DNA of 64,000 nucleotides, taken from Alkalispirochaeta sp. (GTDB lineage: Bacteria > Spirochaetota > Spirochaetia > DSM-27196 > Alkalispirochaetaceae). The notes under the pieces are model-generated. The model searched no databases, was not told the DNA's origin, and saw nothing but the letters and a program-made list of their open reading frames with translations. Shown piece by piece: positions 9,071-19,027 of the stretch (the stretch's first letter is position 1; the number at the start of each line of letters is the position of its first letter). The translations under genes were made by a program, and so were the position numbers. Location of the stretch: NCBI GenBank assembly GCA_965601925.1, contig OZ271854.1, positions 3,712,001 through 3,776,000 on the forward strand. The letters run 5' to 3'.

Positions 9071-11384
9071 TCGAATCATCGGCCGCCTCGCCTACAAGAT
9101 CGTCGGCGACGATAGAGAGCTCAGCAGAGCGCTCCGGCGATCGGTGCGAGAGCTCGATAAGACCGCTGATCGATTTCAACAGATCGGTGGTCGCCTGTCG
9201 ACGTTTGTCACCGCCCCAATCGTCGCCGCAGGCGGAGCCGCCGCCAAGGCCGCAAGCGACCTAAATGAATCGCTGAACGCTGTCAATGTGGTGTTCGATG
9301 AGTCTGCTGAACAGATTACTGCATGGGGACAAAACGCCGCAACGCAGGCGGGGCTTGCGCAGTCTGAGTTCAACCAAGCAGCGGTCCGGCTTGGAGCCTC
9401 TCTGAAGAACGCCGGCATCCCTGTTGACGACCTCGCAGATTCAACGATTGAGCTCACGCAGCGCGCCGCCGATCTTGCCTCGGTGTTCAATACCGATGTC
9501 AACGATGCTTTGTCGGCCATCGCGTCGGCGTTACGCGGCGAAGCCGACCCTATCGAGCGTTTCGGCGCCACGGTTAATGCCGCGGCGGTGGAGGCTAAAG
9601 CGCTCGAGCTTGGCCTTGCCGCCACCCGGTCTGAAATCACGGAGCAGATCAAGGTGCAAGCGCGCCTTGCGGTGATCATGGAGCAAACCGCCGAGGTACA
9701 AGGTGACTTCGCGCGTACGGCTGGCGAGGCGGCCAACCAAACGCGGATCGCACGGGCCCAGGTACAAGACCAGGCGGCCGCGCTTGGGCAACAGCTCCTA
9801 CCCATTTGGCAGGCGATCATCTCGGAGGCGCTGGAGCTAATCTCTGCCTTTAACGAGCTGGATGAGTCACAGAAGCGGCTCATTATCCAGATTGCGGCCT
9901 CCGCTGCCGCGATGGGCCCGCTCAGCGTCGCGATTGGTACCACGATCAAAGCGGTAAACACACTTCGTTTAGCCCTTGTTGCTCTCGGCGGTACATCCGG
10001 CTTCGGGTTACTTCTGGTAGCGGCGGCGGCAGTAGCGACCGCAATTCACGCGATCAGCGAGCCATCGCGCGAAGCGCGCGAGTCTCTCGCCGATTTGGCC
10101 GAGCAATCCGGTATAACGGCCCGCGAGTTGGACGGCGTTGCTCGCGCGTTGAGTGAGGCGGAACACTTCGCGCAATCCATCGATGACGCAGAGGAGGCGG
10201 TCCGTCAGATCGCGGACGCATCGGGTCGTACGGTCGCCGAGGTTCTTGAAATTGGCATCGCCTCCTCGCGGATTGGCGACGAGTTTCGCGCGCACCTCGA
10301 GCTTATTCAGGAGCAGAATGCGCTGCATGAGGATCAAGTCGAAGACATGCGGCAGCTTCGCGACCTGCAGCGTCATCGGGCGTTAGCCGCGCGTGACGAG
10401 CGGGTGGAGCAGGAGGCTATCACCGCCGAGCTGGAACGGCAACAGCTCCACCAACAGACATGGGAGGAATACTGGGAAGGCATTAACCAGCAGTGGCGCG
10501 ACTTGGGCGCAAATACCGAGGTGTATCGCCGTAACTTGGAAGCGATCGCCGAGGTGGAAGATCCTGACCAACGTCGCCGACTTCTGCAAGAGATGGAGCG
10601 GATGTTGGACTTGAATGCGGGCATGCTAACCCAAGAGCAGGCGTTCCCGGTCACGGCAGCCGCGCGCCTTGGCTTACTAAAAGAAATCCGCGTACTTCTG
10701 GCGGGCATTACGCAGGAAGGAGAGGCGCAGAAAAAGGTTGCTGACGATCTCAAAGACTCGACCGAGGCGCAACGCAACCTTGTGGCAGACTACAATAAGC
10801 GCTACGGCGAGCTCGCTGAGGTTGTTGTTTCGATTGCTCACGACTCCCAAGACTGGACGGCAGAGTTCGAGAGCCTTGCGTCACAGGCCGGACGGGCGTG
10901 GGGCGGCATCTTTTCCGGTGTTGGTCAGGCAATTATCGACACGGAAGCTGGGCTCGAATCAATCGGCCGCGCAATGGCAAACCTGTTCACTGGCATCCTC
11001 GAAACACTCGGGCAGCAGTTTGCGGCGATGGCCGCCGCCGCGCTGTTCGGCATGCCTCCTACCTTCATCCCGAACCCAGGTCAGGCCGCCGCTTACGGCG
11101 CTGCGTCGGCTGGGTTTTTCGCGGCGAGCGGACTGGCTGGTGCTATATCAGCGTTCGGCGAGGGTGGGTCATTCCTTGCAAACCAACCAACCCTTGCGCT
11201 CTTCGGCGAGAATGGGCCTGAAACGGTCGACATCCAGCCGGTTAAACATCCGGGCGTGCCAGGGGCATACGCGGGTGGGCAGTCGATCCATATCCACGGG
11301 GATGTGTATGGATACGATGATTTCGCCCGAAAGGTCGAACAGGCAGGGCGCCGCTCAAATCGTCTCGGGAGGACCGGTCGATGA
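9063..11384 (+). CDS. Tape measure protein
   Basis: Ala-rich helical 773 aa; GDFART...ANQ.R; C-terminal PTLALFGENGPETV. Confidence 0.9.
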   Translation: MPDRIIGRLAYKIVGDDRELSRALRRSVRELDKTADRFQQIGGRLSTFVTAPIVAAGGAAAKAASDLNESLNAVNVVFDESAEQITAWGQNAATQAGLAQSEFNQAAVRLGASLKNAGIPVDDLADSTIELTQRAADLASVFNTDVNDALSAIASALRGEADPIERFGATVNAAAVEAKALELGLAATRSEITEQIKVQARLAVIMEQTAEVQGDFARTAGEAANQTRIARAQVQDQAAALGQQLLPIWQAIISEALELISAFNELDESQKRLIIQIAASAAAMGPLSVAIGTTIKAVNTLRLALVALGGTSGFGLLLVAAAAVATAIHAISEPSREARESLADLAEQSGITARELDGVARALSEAEHFAQSIDDAEEAVRQIADASGRTVAEVLEIGIASSRIGDEFRAHLELIQEQNALHEDQVEDMRQLRDLQRHRALAARDERVEQEAITAELERQQLHQQTWEEYWEGINQQWRDLGANTEVYRRNLEAIAEVEDPDQRRRLLQEMERMLDLNAGMLTQEQAFPVTAAARLGLLKEIRVLLAGITQEGEAQKKVADDLKDSTEAQRNLVADYNKRYGELAEVVVSIAHDSQDWTAEFESLASQAGRAWGGIFSGVGQAIIDTEAGLESIGRAMANLFTGILETLGQQFAAMAAAALFGMPPTFIPNPGQAAAYGAASAGFFAASGLAGAISAFGEGGSFLANQPTLALFGENGPETVDIQPVKHPGVPGAYAGGQSIHIHGDVYGYDDFARKVEQAGRRSNRLGRTGR

Positions 11385-14300
11385 GTTGGCGCTTTCAGAT
11401 CAACCCCGGAACCGGTTGGGTCGATCTCACGAACTATAACGGCCGCTCGCTGGTCCCGCGCGAATCGATCGAGCTGAAGCGGGATTACCACAACAAGGGC
11501 AGGAGCACGATCGATACGCTATCGTTCGAGCTCATCGGAGTCGACGGACCGCTGGTTCAAGCGCTGTACAATCAAAAGACGTATGAGCCCATTGACATTA
11601 TCGTGGATCGTGACGGCGGTCGCTACTTCACTGGGTATGTGCGTCCTGTAGACGACTACACCGCCCAGGCCGAGGGTGTTGTTGAGACGACAATTGCGCT
11701 TGAGGCGGTCGATAGGTTGTGGGTCCTCCAGCACGCCTTGACCGCCCCGTATCGTCGTACGGATGTCACTGTAGAAACCATGACGCGCGAGCTCCTGGTG
11801 CTTGGCGGGATATCGGCAGGCGACATCCTGTTTTCAAGTCCGCTTCCGCAGAACATCGTGACCGTTGATCTTAAGGCTGGCGACCAAGAGTATCTCGAAA
11901 TCCTTGATGAACTCCTCTACGAGTTTCACCACTGCCTGCGCGCGAGTCAAGACGGCGTGGTAGAAATCGTCAACTGGAAGGACGATCCCGCAATCAACCC
12001 AGTGGGTCAGTTTTCGGAATCCATCGAGGCGATATCATCCGCGAAGACCGATGACGACTACGGGTATGTCAGGGTGAACCACTACCAAGCTACGCAGATC
12101 GGCAGTGATGATAGCACCGGCACGGTGTTGCTGCATGAGTCAAAAGTGTGGGGGCCGTCGGCCAATGGACATTTTGACGATGACGACTCAGCAACCTACG
12201 TAGCACGTCTCAACTTTAACATCGCTGACGACGCTGAAATACTTAACGTCTCGAATCTGCGCGCGACGTTTCGGCACAATAGGCTTGTGAACGGTGGGGC
12301 TGATGACACGGGCGTAGGGACATGGACGCCATTCCAAATACGGAGCTTTGACGGCAGGCTGATTCTCATCGAGTATATCTGGACCAGGAGTCATATCCGC
12401 TTTAGGCTTCGAGCCAGCGTGCGCCTGACGTACAACGATGCTGACAGAACCGTTACGGTTCAGGTCGATTTCGAGCGTAGGATTCGCTGGCAGCCGCGAA
12501 ACACTGGACGTAGAGACGAGTGGGATGAATGGGATTACGGGTTCAAGGTCATTGATTTTTCTGTAGAAATCACGGGATCGGCTACGTATCGCCAATTCTC
12601 TGAGTCCGTCACAAAGAGAACGTCGGGAGCCGGCGCGGCGAACGCGCGCACCGAGATTTATGACGCGGAGTACATCTACGACAGCTCCGACGGTTCATCG
12701 CTTGCGACGGCAATTTTACAACTGCGGCAGTACGGAAGCAAAGAGTGGGCAATTCGCTCCGCTGCCTACGTCCCGGTCGGAGCCGTCGTAACTATCGTAT
12801 CCCTGTGGGGTCTCAGCGTTCGTGCCCGCGTGCGTTCGCTCCGAGATAGTCAATCCAACGCCGGCGATGATGGCTATCAGGAGTACGAATATGTATGCGA
12901 AAGTCTGGAATCCGCTGGCGTTGTCGATGTTCCCGGGGTTTCCAGCTCACCATCAATCCCCGCGTTTCCGGTGCCCCGTGGTAAAGGAGACCAGACTCCT
13001 ACTTACGATGAAATAGTTGGTGGAGTTGACGGCTCGGGAGCCCTTACGAGCTTGCCCACGCCTGTGGTCGCCGCAAGTGCGACGACGAGGGCTGTATCGC
13101 TTGCCATAGCCTACGCCGCCGACATTACAGCCGGTAGTCTTCGAGCGGAACTACAGATAAGCAAAGACCAAGCCAGTTGGTTTGCGCCCGGCCCAGGGGG
13201 AGACGGGATTGATAGCTGGCGCGCCGGAGTCGCCGGCGATTGGCTTGAGATACCGACGCTCTCGTATAACCATGACCGTTTACCGCTTGCCGGCGACGCC
13301 GCGAACCCGCTTCAGACCACCTACTACTATCGAGCGCGGATTCGCACTGCGCCACTTGTGTCTGAGTGGTCGGCGCCGGTCCATGTCGTCGTGTCGCCGT
13401 CTCTGGAAGGCGATATTGGTGCCAAGACAGTAACGGCCGAGAAGATCTCGGTGGAAGATCTCGAGGCATTGGGCGCGGACATCGCGGGCTGGAAGATTCT
13501 CGAACACATGATCGCCTCACCTGACGATACCATGCGGTTCCGCGAAGACAGAAAGCGTGTTGAGATACTCGACGATCTCGGCAACCTGAAGGCGGCGTTG
13601 GGGTATCTTTCGGGTGTCGCAACCTTCGATGCGAATCAGTACGGTCTTTATATCGCCCCTGGCAATGCGGTCCGGCTCGATGGCGGCATTGCCTTGGGCC
13701 AAGGCGATTCAGCCGTCCAAAGCGACGCGTCCATTACAATCCTCGACAGTTTGCAAAACACTGTTGGTCGATTCGGCTCTCTCGGAGAGGGTGAGGTAGG
13801 GCTGTTGTTCGCAAACCGAAATCGGTTATGGCGAATGGTTCTTACTGGCTCGTCGCTCCGTTTTGACTCATTAGGGGGAACGGAATGGCTCACCCAAGGG
13901 AGAATCGGCGGCGACGACGGCGGAATATCCTCAACGGTCGCGTGGCTTAGGGGATTGATATCGCCTGCTGCGGATCTTTCGCAATACGATATCGGTCTTC
14001 CGCCACCCGCCGGCGCTCGCGTGTTTAGCTTCGACAACACGTATACGGATCTCGGCGGCGCCGATCCGTTTACGGTGAAGACGAACCTCATCTTTACCCC
14101 GTCGGAGCGGCGTTTCGGGACACATTCGCTTCGCCACAACGGCTCCGATGGCACGCTTACGGCGCCGGCCCTGGTGCGGAACGATCAGAATTGGAGTCTC
14201 AACGCGTGGGTGCGCCGCGGGCTGTTTGATCTCGAGGCGCAAGCGCGAGCAGAGTTCAGTGTCCAAGCGGTAGGGGATGTGGCGGGCAGCTTACACGAGA

Positions 14301-16363
14301 CAGTGTTTCAATATGAGCGGTTAGCTGGGTTGCCGACACCGGTAGTGGAGTCCGTTGCGGTACAGATGCTGGTGACCGGTTCGTTTATCGTTTCCGATAC
14401 CCCGACGCTGGGAGGGTCCGCGCCGGGCGTCGCGTATTCTCCGGATGGACAGCTCCTGGCGGTCGCCCATTTAGGAGTTCCTTATCTAACCGTTATTGAC
14501 ACCACGACCTGGACCGTCGTTGCTGGTACGCCGACGCTGCCGGGGGCCGGTTACGCCGTTGCGTTTTCCCCGGACGGTCAGTCCCTGGCGGCTGCTCATT
14601 CGGGCCCGCCGGGTCTGACCGTAATCGACACCACGACCTGGACCGTCGTCGCAGGCACACCGGCGGTTGACTTTATAGCGTTCGCTGTCGCGTATTCTCC
14701 CGACGGTCAGTCCCTGGGGGTAGGCCATTTCGCTGCTCCTCGTCTCACAGTAATCAACACCACGACCTGGACCGTTGTAGCTGGTACGCCCTCGCTTCCA
14801 GGGACCGCATCGGGCGTCGCGTATTCTCCTGACGGTCAGTCCCTTGCGATCGCCCACTCAGAGATCCCCTATCTGACCGTAGTTGACACCACGACCTGGA
14901 CCGTTGTATCTGGTACGCCCTCGCTTCCAGGGACCGCATCGGGCGTCGCGTATTCTCCTGACGGTCAGTCCCTTGCGATCGCCCACTCAGAGATCCCCTA
15001 TCTGACCGTAGTTGACACCACGACCTGGACCGTTGTATCTGGTACGCCCTCGCTTCCAGGGACCGCATCGGGCGTCGCGTATTCTCCTGACGGTCAGTCC
15101 CTTGCGATCGCCCACTCAGAGATCCCCTATCTGACCGTAGTTGACACCACGACCTGGACCGTTGTATCTGGTACGCCCTCGCTTCCAGGGACCGGTCGCG
15201 CCGTTGCGTTTTCCCCAGACGGTCAGTCCCTGGCGGCTGCTCATTCGGGTTCGCCGGGTCTGACCGTAATCGATATACGGCGGCCTCCACTGACACCTCC
15301 GGTCGGGTATGACGCAACGATACCCGCGGAAGTCGCTGCGGGCGCCGCGGCAGGCGATGTAGCGATGGCCATTGCGGGCGCATTATCGAGCGATCTCGCC
15401 ATCAACGTGGGTGTCCTCGCTGACACTGTCACGATCACTCAGACCAACGTGGGCGGGCCGTTGTCCGCCGCTGATGTGGATAGTGGGTTTGCGATCAGTA
15501 CCACCCGGCCGGGTTTCTACATGGAAACCGACCCGCCGGTGTTGATGGAAATCGGTTCCGACATCGCGATATCGCACTATGCGGCGGATGGCGAAAGCGG
15601 TCTGTCGCTGTTCGTTTCGGGCCAGTATAGAGGCTTCGTGCCGGTGTTCGCAGATGGGTGGTCGCTGGTGCACGTCGAGCATATTGCCTACGGAGACACC
15701 GTTCTTTGGGTTAACGGCCAAGAGGTTAACGCAGGCAACTCCCTGAGCGGAGGCCCGCAAGACGTGAAATGGCTTCTCGCGTCGGCGCTCGACACTCACA
15801 TCGGTATGATGCTGGTTCTCCCGGAGTCGCTACTCGACCGCATGCTCCTATCGCTCTTTTACAGTTCAGGGGTGCCGTGGGGCGGCGGCATCGACTACCT
15901 GCGTGATCTCCTGTTCGCGCCCGCAGTGGGTGGCAGCGTACATATGGGAGGTGCTCTTAGCGTTGACGGTGCCCTTAGCGCTGATGACGTTGCCACGGAC
16001 ACTGCAACGATAAACGCAGGTCTCGTTGTTGGCGGGACTACGACAGTCGGCCACGTTAGTGGCAGTGGGACGTTTACCGGAAACAGAACGTTCTCGGGCA
16101 TCGTGAACTTCAGGAACAACCCAATTCGCGGATCACATTCCGTGCCTGCGGGTGTTGGATCTGGGGCGTGGACCCCTCCACGCGGCCTGTATAACTTCAC
16201 GACTCGTCTCAGTACGACCTTCAAGTGTGATTTTATCGGTGCGCGCGGCGATGGCGGCGTCATGACCAAAGCCTCGGATCTCGGGACCATGATAGCGACC
16301 GGATCAAACCAGTTGGAAAATACAAGAGGGGCCGCTGTGACTGCGTACTACGAGAGGTACTAA
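11381..16363 (+). CDS. Large tail tip/fibre protein (FN3-like, LamG-like and beta-propeller regions)
   Basis: 1660 aa after tape measure; YYYRARIR...SEWS FN3 motif; seven SPDG repeats. Confidence 0.8.
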   Translation: MSWRFQINPGTGWVDLTNYNGRSLVPRESIELKRDYHNKGRSTIDTLSFELIGVDGPLVQALYNQKTYEPIDIIVDRDGGRYFTGYVRPVDDYTAQAEGVVETTIALEAVDRLWVLQHALTAPYRRTDVTVETMTRELLVLGGISAGDILFSSPLPQNIVTVDLKAGDQEYLEILDELLYEFHHCLRASQDGVVEIVNWKDDPAINPVGQFSESIEAISSAKTDDDYGYVRVNHYQATQIGSDDSTGTVLLHESKVWGPSANGHFDDDDSATYVARLNFNIADDAEILNVSNLRATFRHNRLVNGGADDTGVGTWTPFQIRSFDGRLILIEYIWTRSHIRFRLRASVRLTYNDADRTVTVQVDFERRIRWQPRNTGRRDEWDEWDYGFKVIDFSVEITGSATYRQFSESVTKRTSGAGAANARTEIYDAEYIYDSSDGSSLATAILQLRQYGSKEWAIRSAAYVPVGAVVTIVSLWGLSVRARVRSLRDSQSNAGDDGYQEYEYVCESLESAGVVDVPGVSSSPSIPAFPVPRGKGDQTPTYDEIVGGVDGSGALTSLPTPVVAASATTRAVSLAIAYAADITAGSLRAELQISKDQASWFAPGPGGDGIDSWRAGVAGDWLEIPTLSYNHDRLPLAGDAANPLQTTYYYRARIRTAPLVSEWSAPVHVVVSPSLEGDIGAKTVTAEKISVEDLEALGADIAGWKILEHMIASPDDTMRFREDRKRVEILDDLGNLKAALGYLSGVATFDANQYGLYIAPGNAVRLDGGIALGQGDSAVQSDASITILDSLQNTVGRFGSLGEGEVGLLFANRNRLWRMVLTGSSLRFDSLGGTEWLTQGRIGGDDGGISSTVAWLRGLISPAADLSQYDIGLPPPAGARVFSFDNTYTDLGGADPFTVKTNLIFTPSERRFGTHSLRHNGSDGTLTAPALVRNDQNWSLNAWVRRGLFDLEAQARAEFSVQAVGDVAGSLHETVFQYERLAGLPTPVVESVAVQMLVTGSFIVSDTPTLGGSAPGVAYSPDGQLLAVAHLGVPYLTVIDTTTWTVVAGTPTLPGAGYAVAFSPDGQSLAAAHSGPPGLTVIDTTTWTVVAGTPAVDFIAFAVAYSPDGQSLGVGHFAAPRLTVINTTTWTVVAGTPSLPGTASGVAYSPDGQSLAIAHSEIPYLTVVDTTTWTVVSGTPSLPGTASGVAYSPDGQSLAIAHSEIPYLTVVDTTTWTVVSGTPSLPGTASGVAYSPDGQSLAIAHSEIPYLTVVDTTTWTVVSGTPSLPGTGRAVAFSPDGQSLAAAHSGSPGLTVIDIRRPPLTPPVGYDATIPAEVAAGAAAGDVAMAIAGALSSDLAINVGVLADTVTITQTNVGGPLSAADVDSGFAISTTRPGFYMETDPPVLMEIGSDIAISHYAADGESGLSLFVSGQYRGFVPVFADGWSLVHVEHIAYGDTVLWVNGQEVNAGNSLSGGPQDVKWLLASALDTHIGMMLVLPESLLDRMLLSLFYSSGVPWGGGIDYLRDLLFAPAVGGSVHMGGALSVDGALSADDVATDTATINAGLVVGGTTTVGHVSGSGTFTGNRTFSGIVNFRNNPIRGSHSVPAGVGSGAWTPPRGLYNFTTRLSTTFKCDFIGARGDGGVMTKASDLGTMIATGSNQLENTRGAAVTAYYERY
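14781..15194 (+). repeat. Perfect 129-bp tandem repeat (~3.2 copies) inside a 7 x 43-aa propeller array (~14400-15275)
   Basis: cgggcgtcgcgtattctcc recurs at 14811, 14940 and 15069. Confidence 0.95.
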
Positions 16364-16373
16364 AGGAGGGTAC

Positions 16374-16832
16374 ATGGCACTAACGCTCACCGAGGGCACA
16401 CGACCATCGACGCTGGATTTGATGTCCCGCGTCATCGGCGCCCCGATCGGGTATGCACGAATCGTGAGTTGGCACGTCAGCAGGAGTGACCCATCATTTG
16501 TCGCGACCTTCGATCTTTTCCTGTCGGCCGCGCATGCCGCGCAGTGCGATGAGAGTAGCCAGCAGACACCTATGAACTATGAATGGGGATGTACCCTCCG
16601 CGCGCCCGAGGATCTTGCGACCCTCGCTCAGACTGACGATCGAGAGGTGCTTTATAGGCACGTAGAGTATCTCCTCCACTATCAGGACGCCGAACGTCGC
16701 TATCGCGAGAGCCCTGCCGACTTCGACACGGAGGTTGAAGAGGCTGTGTTGGTGGACCTTGAGACGGCTTTAGGCATTCAGTCCTTGTTTCACACCGCGT
16801 CTTTCGTCCGGGCTCATGGAGTCGTCCAGTAG
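16374..16832 (+). CDS. Phage hypothetical protein (possible fibre chaperone)
   Basis: AAGGAGG RBS; immediately after the tail protein. Confidence 0.6.
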   Translation: MALTLTEGTRPSTLDLMSRVIGAPIGYARIVSWHVSRSDPSFVATFDLFLSAAHAAQCDESSQQTPMNYEWGCTLRAPEDLATLAQTDDREVLYRHVEYLLHYQDAERRYRESPADFDTEVEEAVLVDLETALGIQSLFHTASFVRAHGVVQ

Positions 16833-17257
16833 TGGCAATCCAGCCTCGCCGTTGCGCGACGCGCCATGCGGCCATGTGGATCTGGCAGCTGCCGCAGCAC
16901 ATCCTTGGCTTGATCGTTTTGACCGTGGTCCGGCGACACTATCAGGCTCTCGTCCGCAGAGCGTTACCGTACGACGCGCGTCTATATCGATTCGACCCCC
17001 GCAGTCATGAATGGGGCGTTTCGCTCGGGAACTACGTGTTTCTTTCGACCGGATATGACCACGTAACGATTCGACACGAATATGGTCATTGTCGGCAATC
17101 GAGATTGCTGGGCCCGCTTTATCTCATCGTTGTCGGTGTTCCCTCGATTATCCGGGCGACGTATTGGTGGATCCGGCGACTTCCAGCGCGCGACTACTAT
17201 CGAGGATACCCGGAAGCGTGGGCCGATCGCTTGGCAGGGGTGCGTCGTGACGATTGA
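16832..17257 (+). CDS. Membrane protein with HExxH motif
   Basis: IWQLPQHILG, GVSLG, HEYGH, LGPLYL.VVG.PS, E.WAD. Confidence 0.7.
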   Translation: MAIQPRRCATRHAAMWIWQLPQHILGLIVLTVVRRHYQALVRRALPYDARLYRFDPRSHEWGVSLGNYVFLSTGYDHVTIRHEYGHCRQSRLLGPLYLIVVGVPSIIRATYWWIRRLPARDYYRGYPEAWADRLAGVRRDD

Positions 17258-17561
17258 GATGGACGTGCTAAACACACTCCTCCGAGCGGCCCTCGCTGTC
17301 ATCGGCACCGCGCTCGGCGGCCTACTCATCGCCCATATCAGGCGTGTAGCTGCGCTCTTCCGCGCGATCCAGCAGTTGAGCGCACAAAGCCGTGTGCAGT
17401 TCGATGTAACGTTGCATCTAGTTCGAGCGCAGCGCGACCACCTCCGAGTCTCATCACGGACTGCCACCAACGGCGAGTTGCAGCATGCGGACGGCGAGCT
17501 CGACGCGGCGGAGCGGAAACTGAACGAGCACGCCGGTAGAGCGGCGTGGGGATGCGAATGA
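17247..17561 (+). CDS. Putative holin (one TM helix)
   Basis: Hydrophobic N-terminal helix plus NGE motif; coupled to the amidase. Confidence 0.5.
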   Translation: MTIEMDVLNTLLRAALAVIGTALGGLLIAHIRRVAALFRAIQQLSAQSRVQFDVTLHLVRAQRDHLRVSSRTATNGELQHADGELDAAERKLNEHAGRAAWGCE

Positions 17562-18094
17562 CGATCGACGCGCGCGTCATCGCGGTAGACTCTCATACCC
17601 GTTCAGGACAACCGCTCCGACGCGTAGAAGGCGTCGTGATTCACTACGTACAGTGGCCCGGGGCAACGGCACAACGCATTCGGGACTACTTCCATGCATT
17701 ACCGAGAACCGAGCCGGGGCGCTATGCGTCGGCACACTACGCCGTCGGCCTTGAGGGAGAAGTCATTCAAATGGTCCCCGAGGACGAGGTCGCGTGGCAC
17801 GCCGGACCTTCGAGCAAAACACGACGAGAGGTTGAGACGCGGCTGGGCGGTAAGCCCAATTGGCGCACGATCGGTATCGAGTTATGCCACCCCGATACGT
17901 CGGGCGCCTTCCTCCGTGCCACCTGGCGATCGGCGATCGAACTCGCCGTCGATATCATGCACCGGCACGGTATTTCGAAGGAGGCGCATATTCTCCGTCA
18001 CTACGACTGTACCGGAAAACTATGTCCACTATGGATGGTCAACAATAGCACGGATTGGACGGAGTTCGTACGCGAGGTAGGAGCGGGCTTATGA
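17558..18094 (+). CDS. Endolysin, N-acetylmuramoyl-L-alanine amidase (Amidase_2)
   Basis: VVIHY, SAHY, VAWHAG, IGIELC, RHYD.TGK.CP. Confidence 0.92.
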   Translation: MTIDARVIAVDSHTRSGQPLRRVEGVVIHYVQWPGATAQRIRDYFHALPRTEPGRYASAHYAVGLEGEVIQMVPEDEVAWHAGPSSKTRREVETRLGGKPNWRTIGIELCHPDTSGAFLRATWRSAIELAVDIMHRHGISKEAHILRHYDCTGKLCPLWMVNNSTDWTEFVREVGAGL

Positions 18095-18651
18095 GGAGGC
18101 GAGGATGCAGACGAAGTGGATGGTCGCGGCCCTGGTACTGGCTTGTGGTGTCGGTATTGGTATTGGGTGGGCCGTCTGGGGCCGTCCCGCTGAGCGCGCA
18201 GTCTACGACGACACCGCCGCCGATCGAGCCGCCGCCGGGCTACGTGCTGATACCCACCGATCAGTGGGAGAGACTGACGACGCTCTCGATCGCGTTGGAG
18301 ATGCGGTTGACCGGGCGGGTCGAGCAGGTGACGACGTTGCAGACGCAGCTCGACGAGTCGACCAGGCACAACGCCGAGCTGCAGCGCTCGCAGGCGCGGT
18401 TGCGGACGGAGTTAGCGGCGATCTCGACCTCGCTCGTGAGCTCCGAGGACTCGTTGAGGAAGGAGAGGTCGGCTCGTCAGTTAGAGCGGGAGGGTCTGAC
18501 GATGCAGATCGTGACGGCTCGTGACCAGCGGGACGTCGAGGCCGAGCGGGCCAACGCGGCCGAGCGACGCGCCGATCGGAATAGGCTCGTGTGGCAAATC
18601 GGAATACCGGTTATAGGCATTCTTGGTGTGATCGCAGGGAGTCAGTTATGA
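18091..18651 (+). CDS. Spanin-like protein: signal peptide, coiled coil, C-terminal TM
   Basis: ATGA overlap with amidase, AGGAG RBS; hydrophobic segments at both ends. Confidence 0.6.
   Translation: MRRRGCRRSGWSRPWYWLVVSVLVLGGPSGAVPLSAQSTTTPPPIEPPPGYVLIPTDQWERLTTLSIALEMRLTGRVEQVTTLQTQLDESTRHNAELQRSQARLRTELAAISTSLVSSEDSLRKERSARQLEREGLTMQIVTARDQRDVEAERANAAERRADRNRLVWQIGIPVIGILGVIAGSQL
18105..18524 (+). CDS. Embedded spanin-like membrane/lipoprotein
   Basis: Own GAGGAGG RBS; N-terminal hydrophobic segment containing VLAC; Ala/Asp helical tail. Confidence 0.55.
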   Translation: MQTKWMVAALVLACGVGIGIGWAVWGRPAERAVYDDTAADRAAAGLRADTHRSVGETDDALDRVGDAVDRAGRAGDDVADAARRVDQAQRRAAALAGAVADGVSGDLDLARELRGLVEEGEVGSSVRAGGSDDADRDGS

Positions 18652-18959
18652 GCGGCCGGGCGCTCCTCGAATCGCGGGTGATCCGTGTGTACCTGATAGC
18701 CGTCGCGGCGATTCTGGCCGCGTCATTTCTGAGTCATGGGGTAGCTATCTGGATTACGCAGCGAGCGGTAGAGCTCGCGCGGTCCGACATTGAGGTACCG
18801 GAAGTGCTCAACACGCTCGCGGCGGGGATCGGCGTCGGCGCCGCTGCTGGTGTCTCGCTCGCTACCATCACGACCGCGCTCATTGCCCGGTATGGCGCAC
18901 GAGAGGCGATGCGAAACCTGGGCTCCAACTCACGTGTGGACGGGGCAGACACACACTGA
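18648..18959 (+). CDS. Two-TM membrane protein, possible holin
   Basis: ATGA coupling; two hydrophobic helices. Confidence 0.55.
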   Translation: MSGRALLESRVIRVYLIAVAAILAASFLSHGVAIWITQRAVELARSDIEVPEVLNTLAAGIGVGAAAGVSLATITTALIARYGAREAMRNLGSNSRVDGADTH

Positions 18960-19027
18960 GGTGGTCAATTAGGCCAAATGGTGGGAATAATGGACCCCCA
19001 TACCGCTACCTATGGAGACGATTGACT

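Noticed and set aside
14400..15275. CRISPR array
   Set aside because: In-frame 129-bp coding repeats with no unique spacers and no cas genes
11381..16832. Diversity-generating retroelement acting on the tail protein
   Set aside because: No RT and no TR/VR pair with A-specific differences seen in this window
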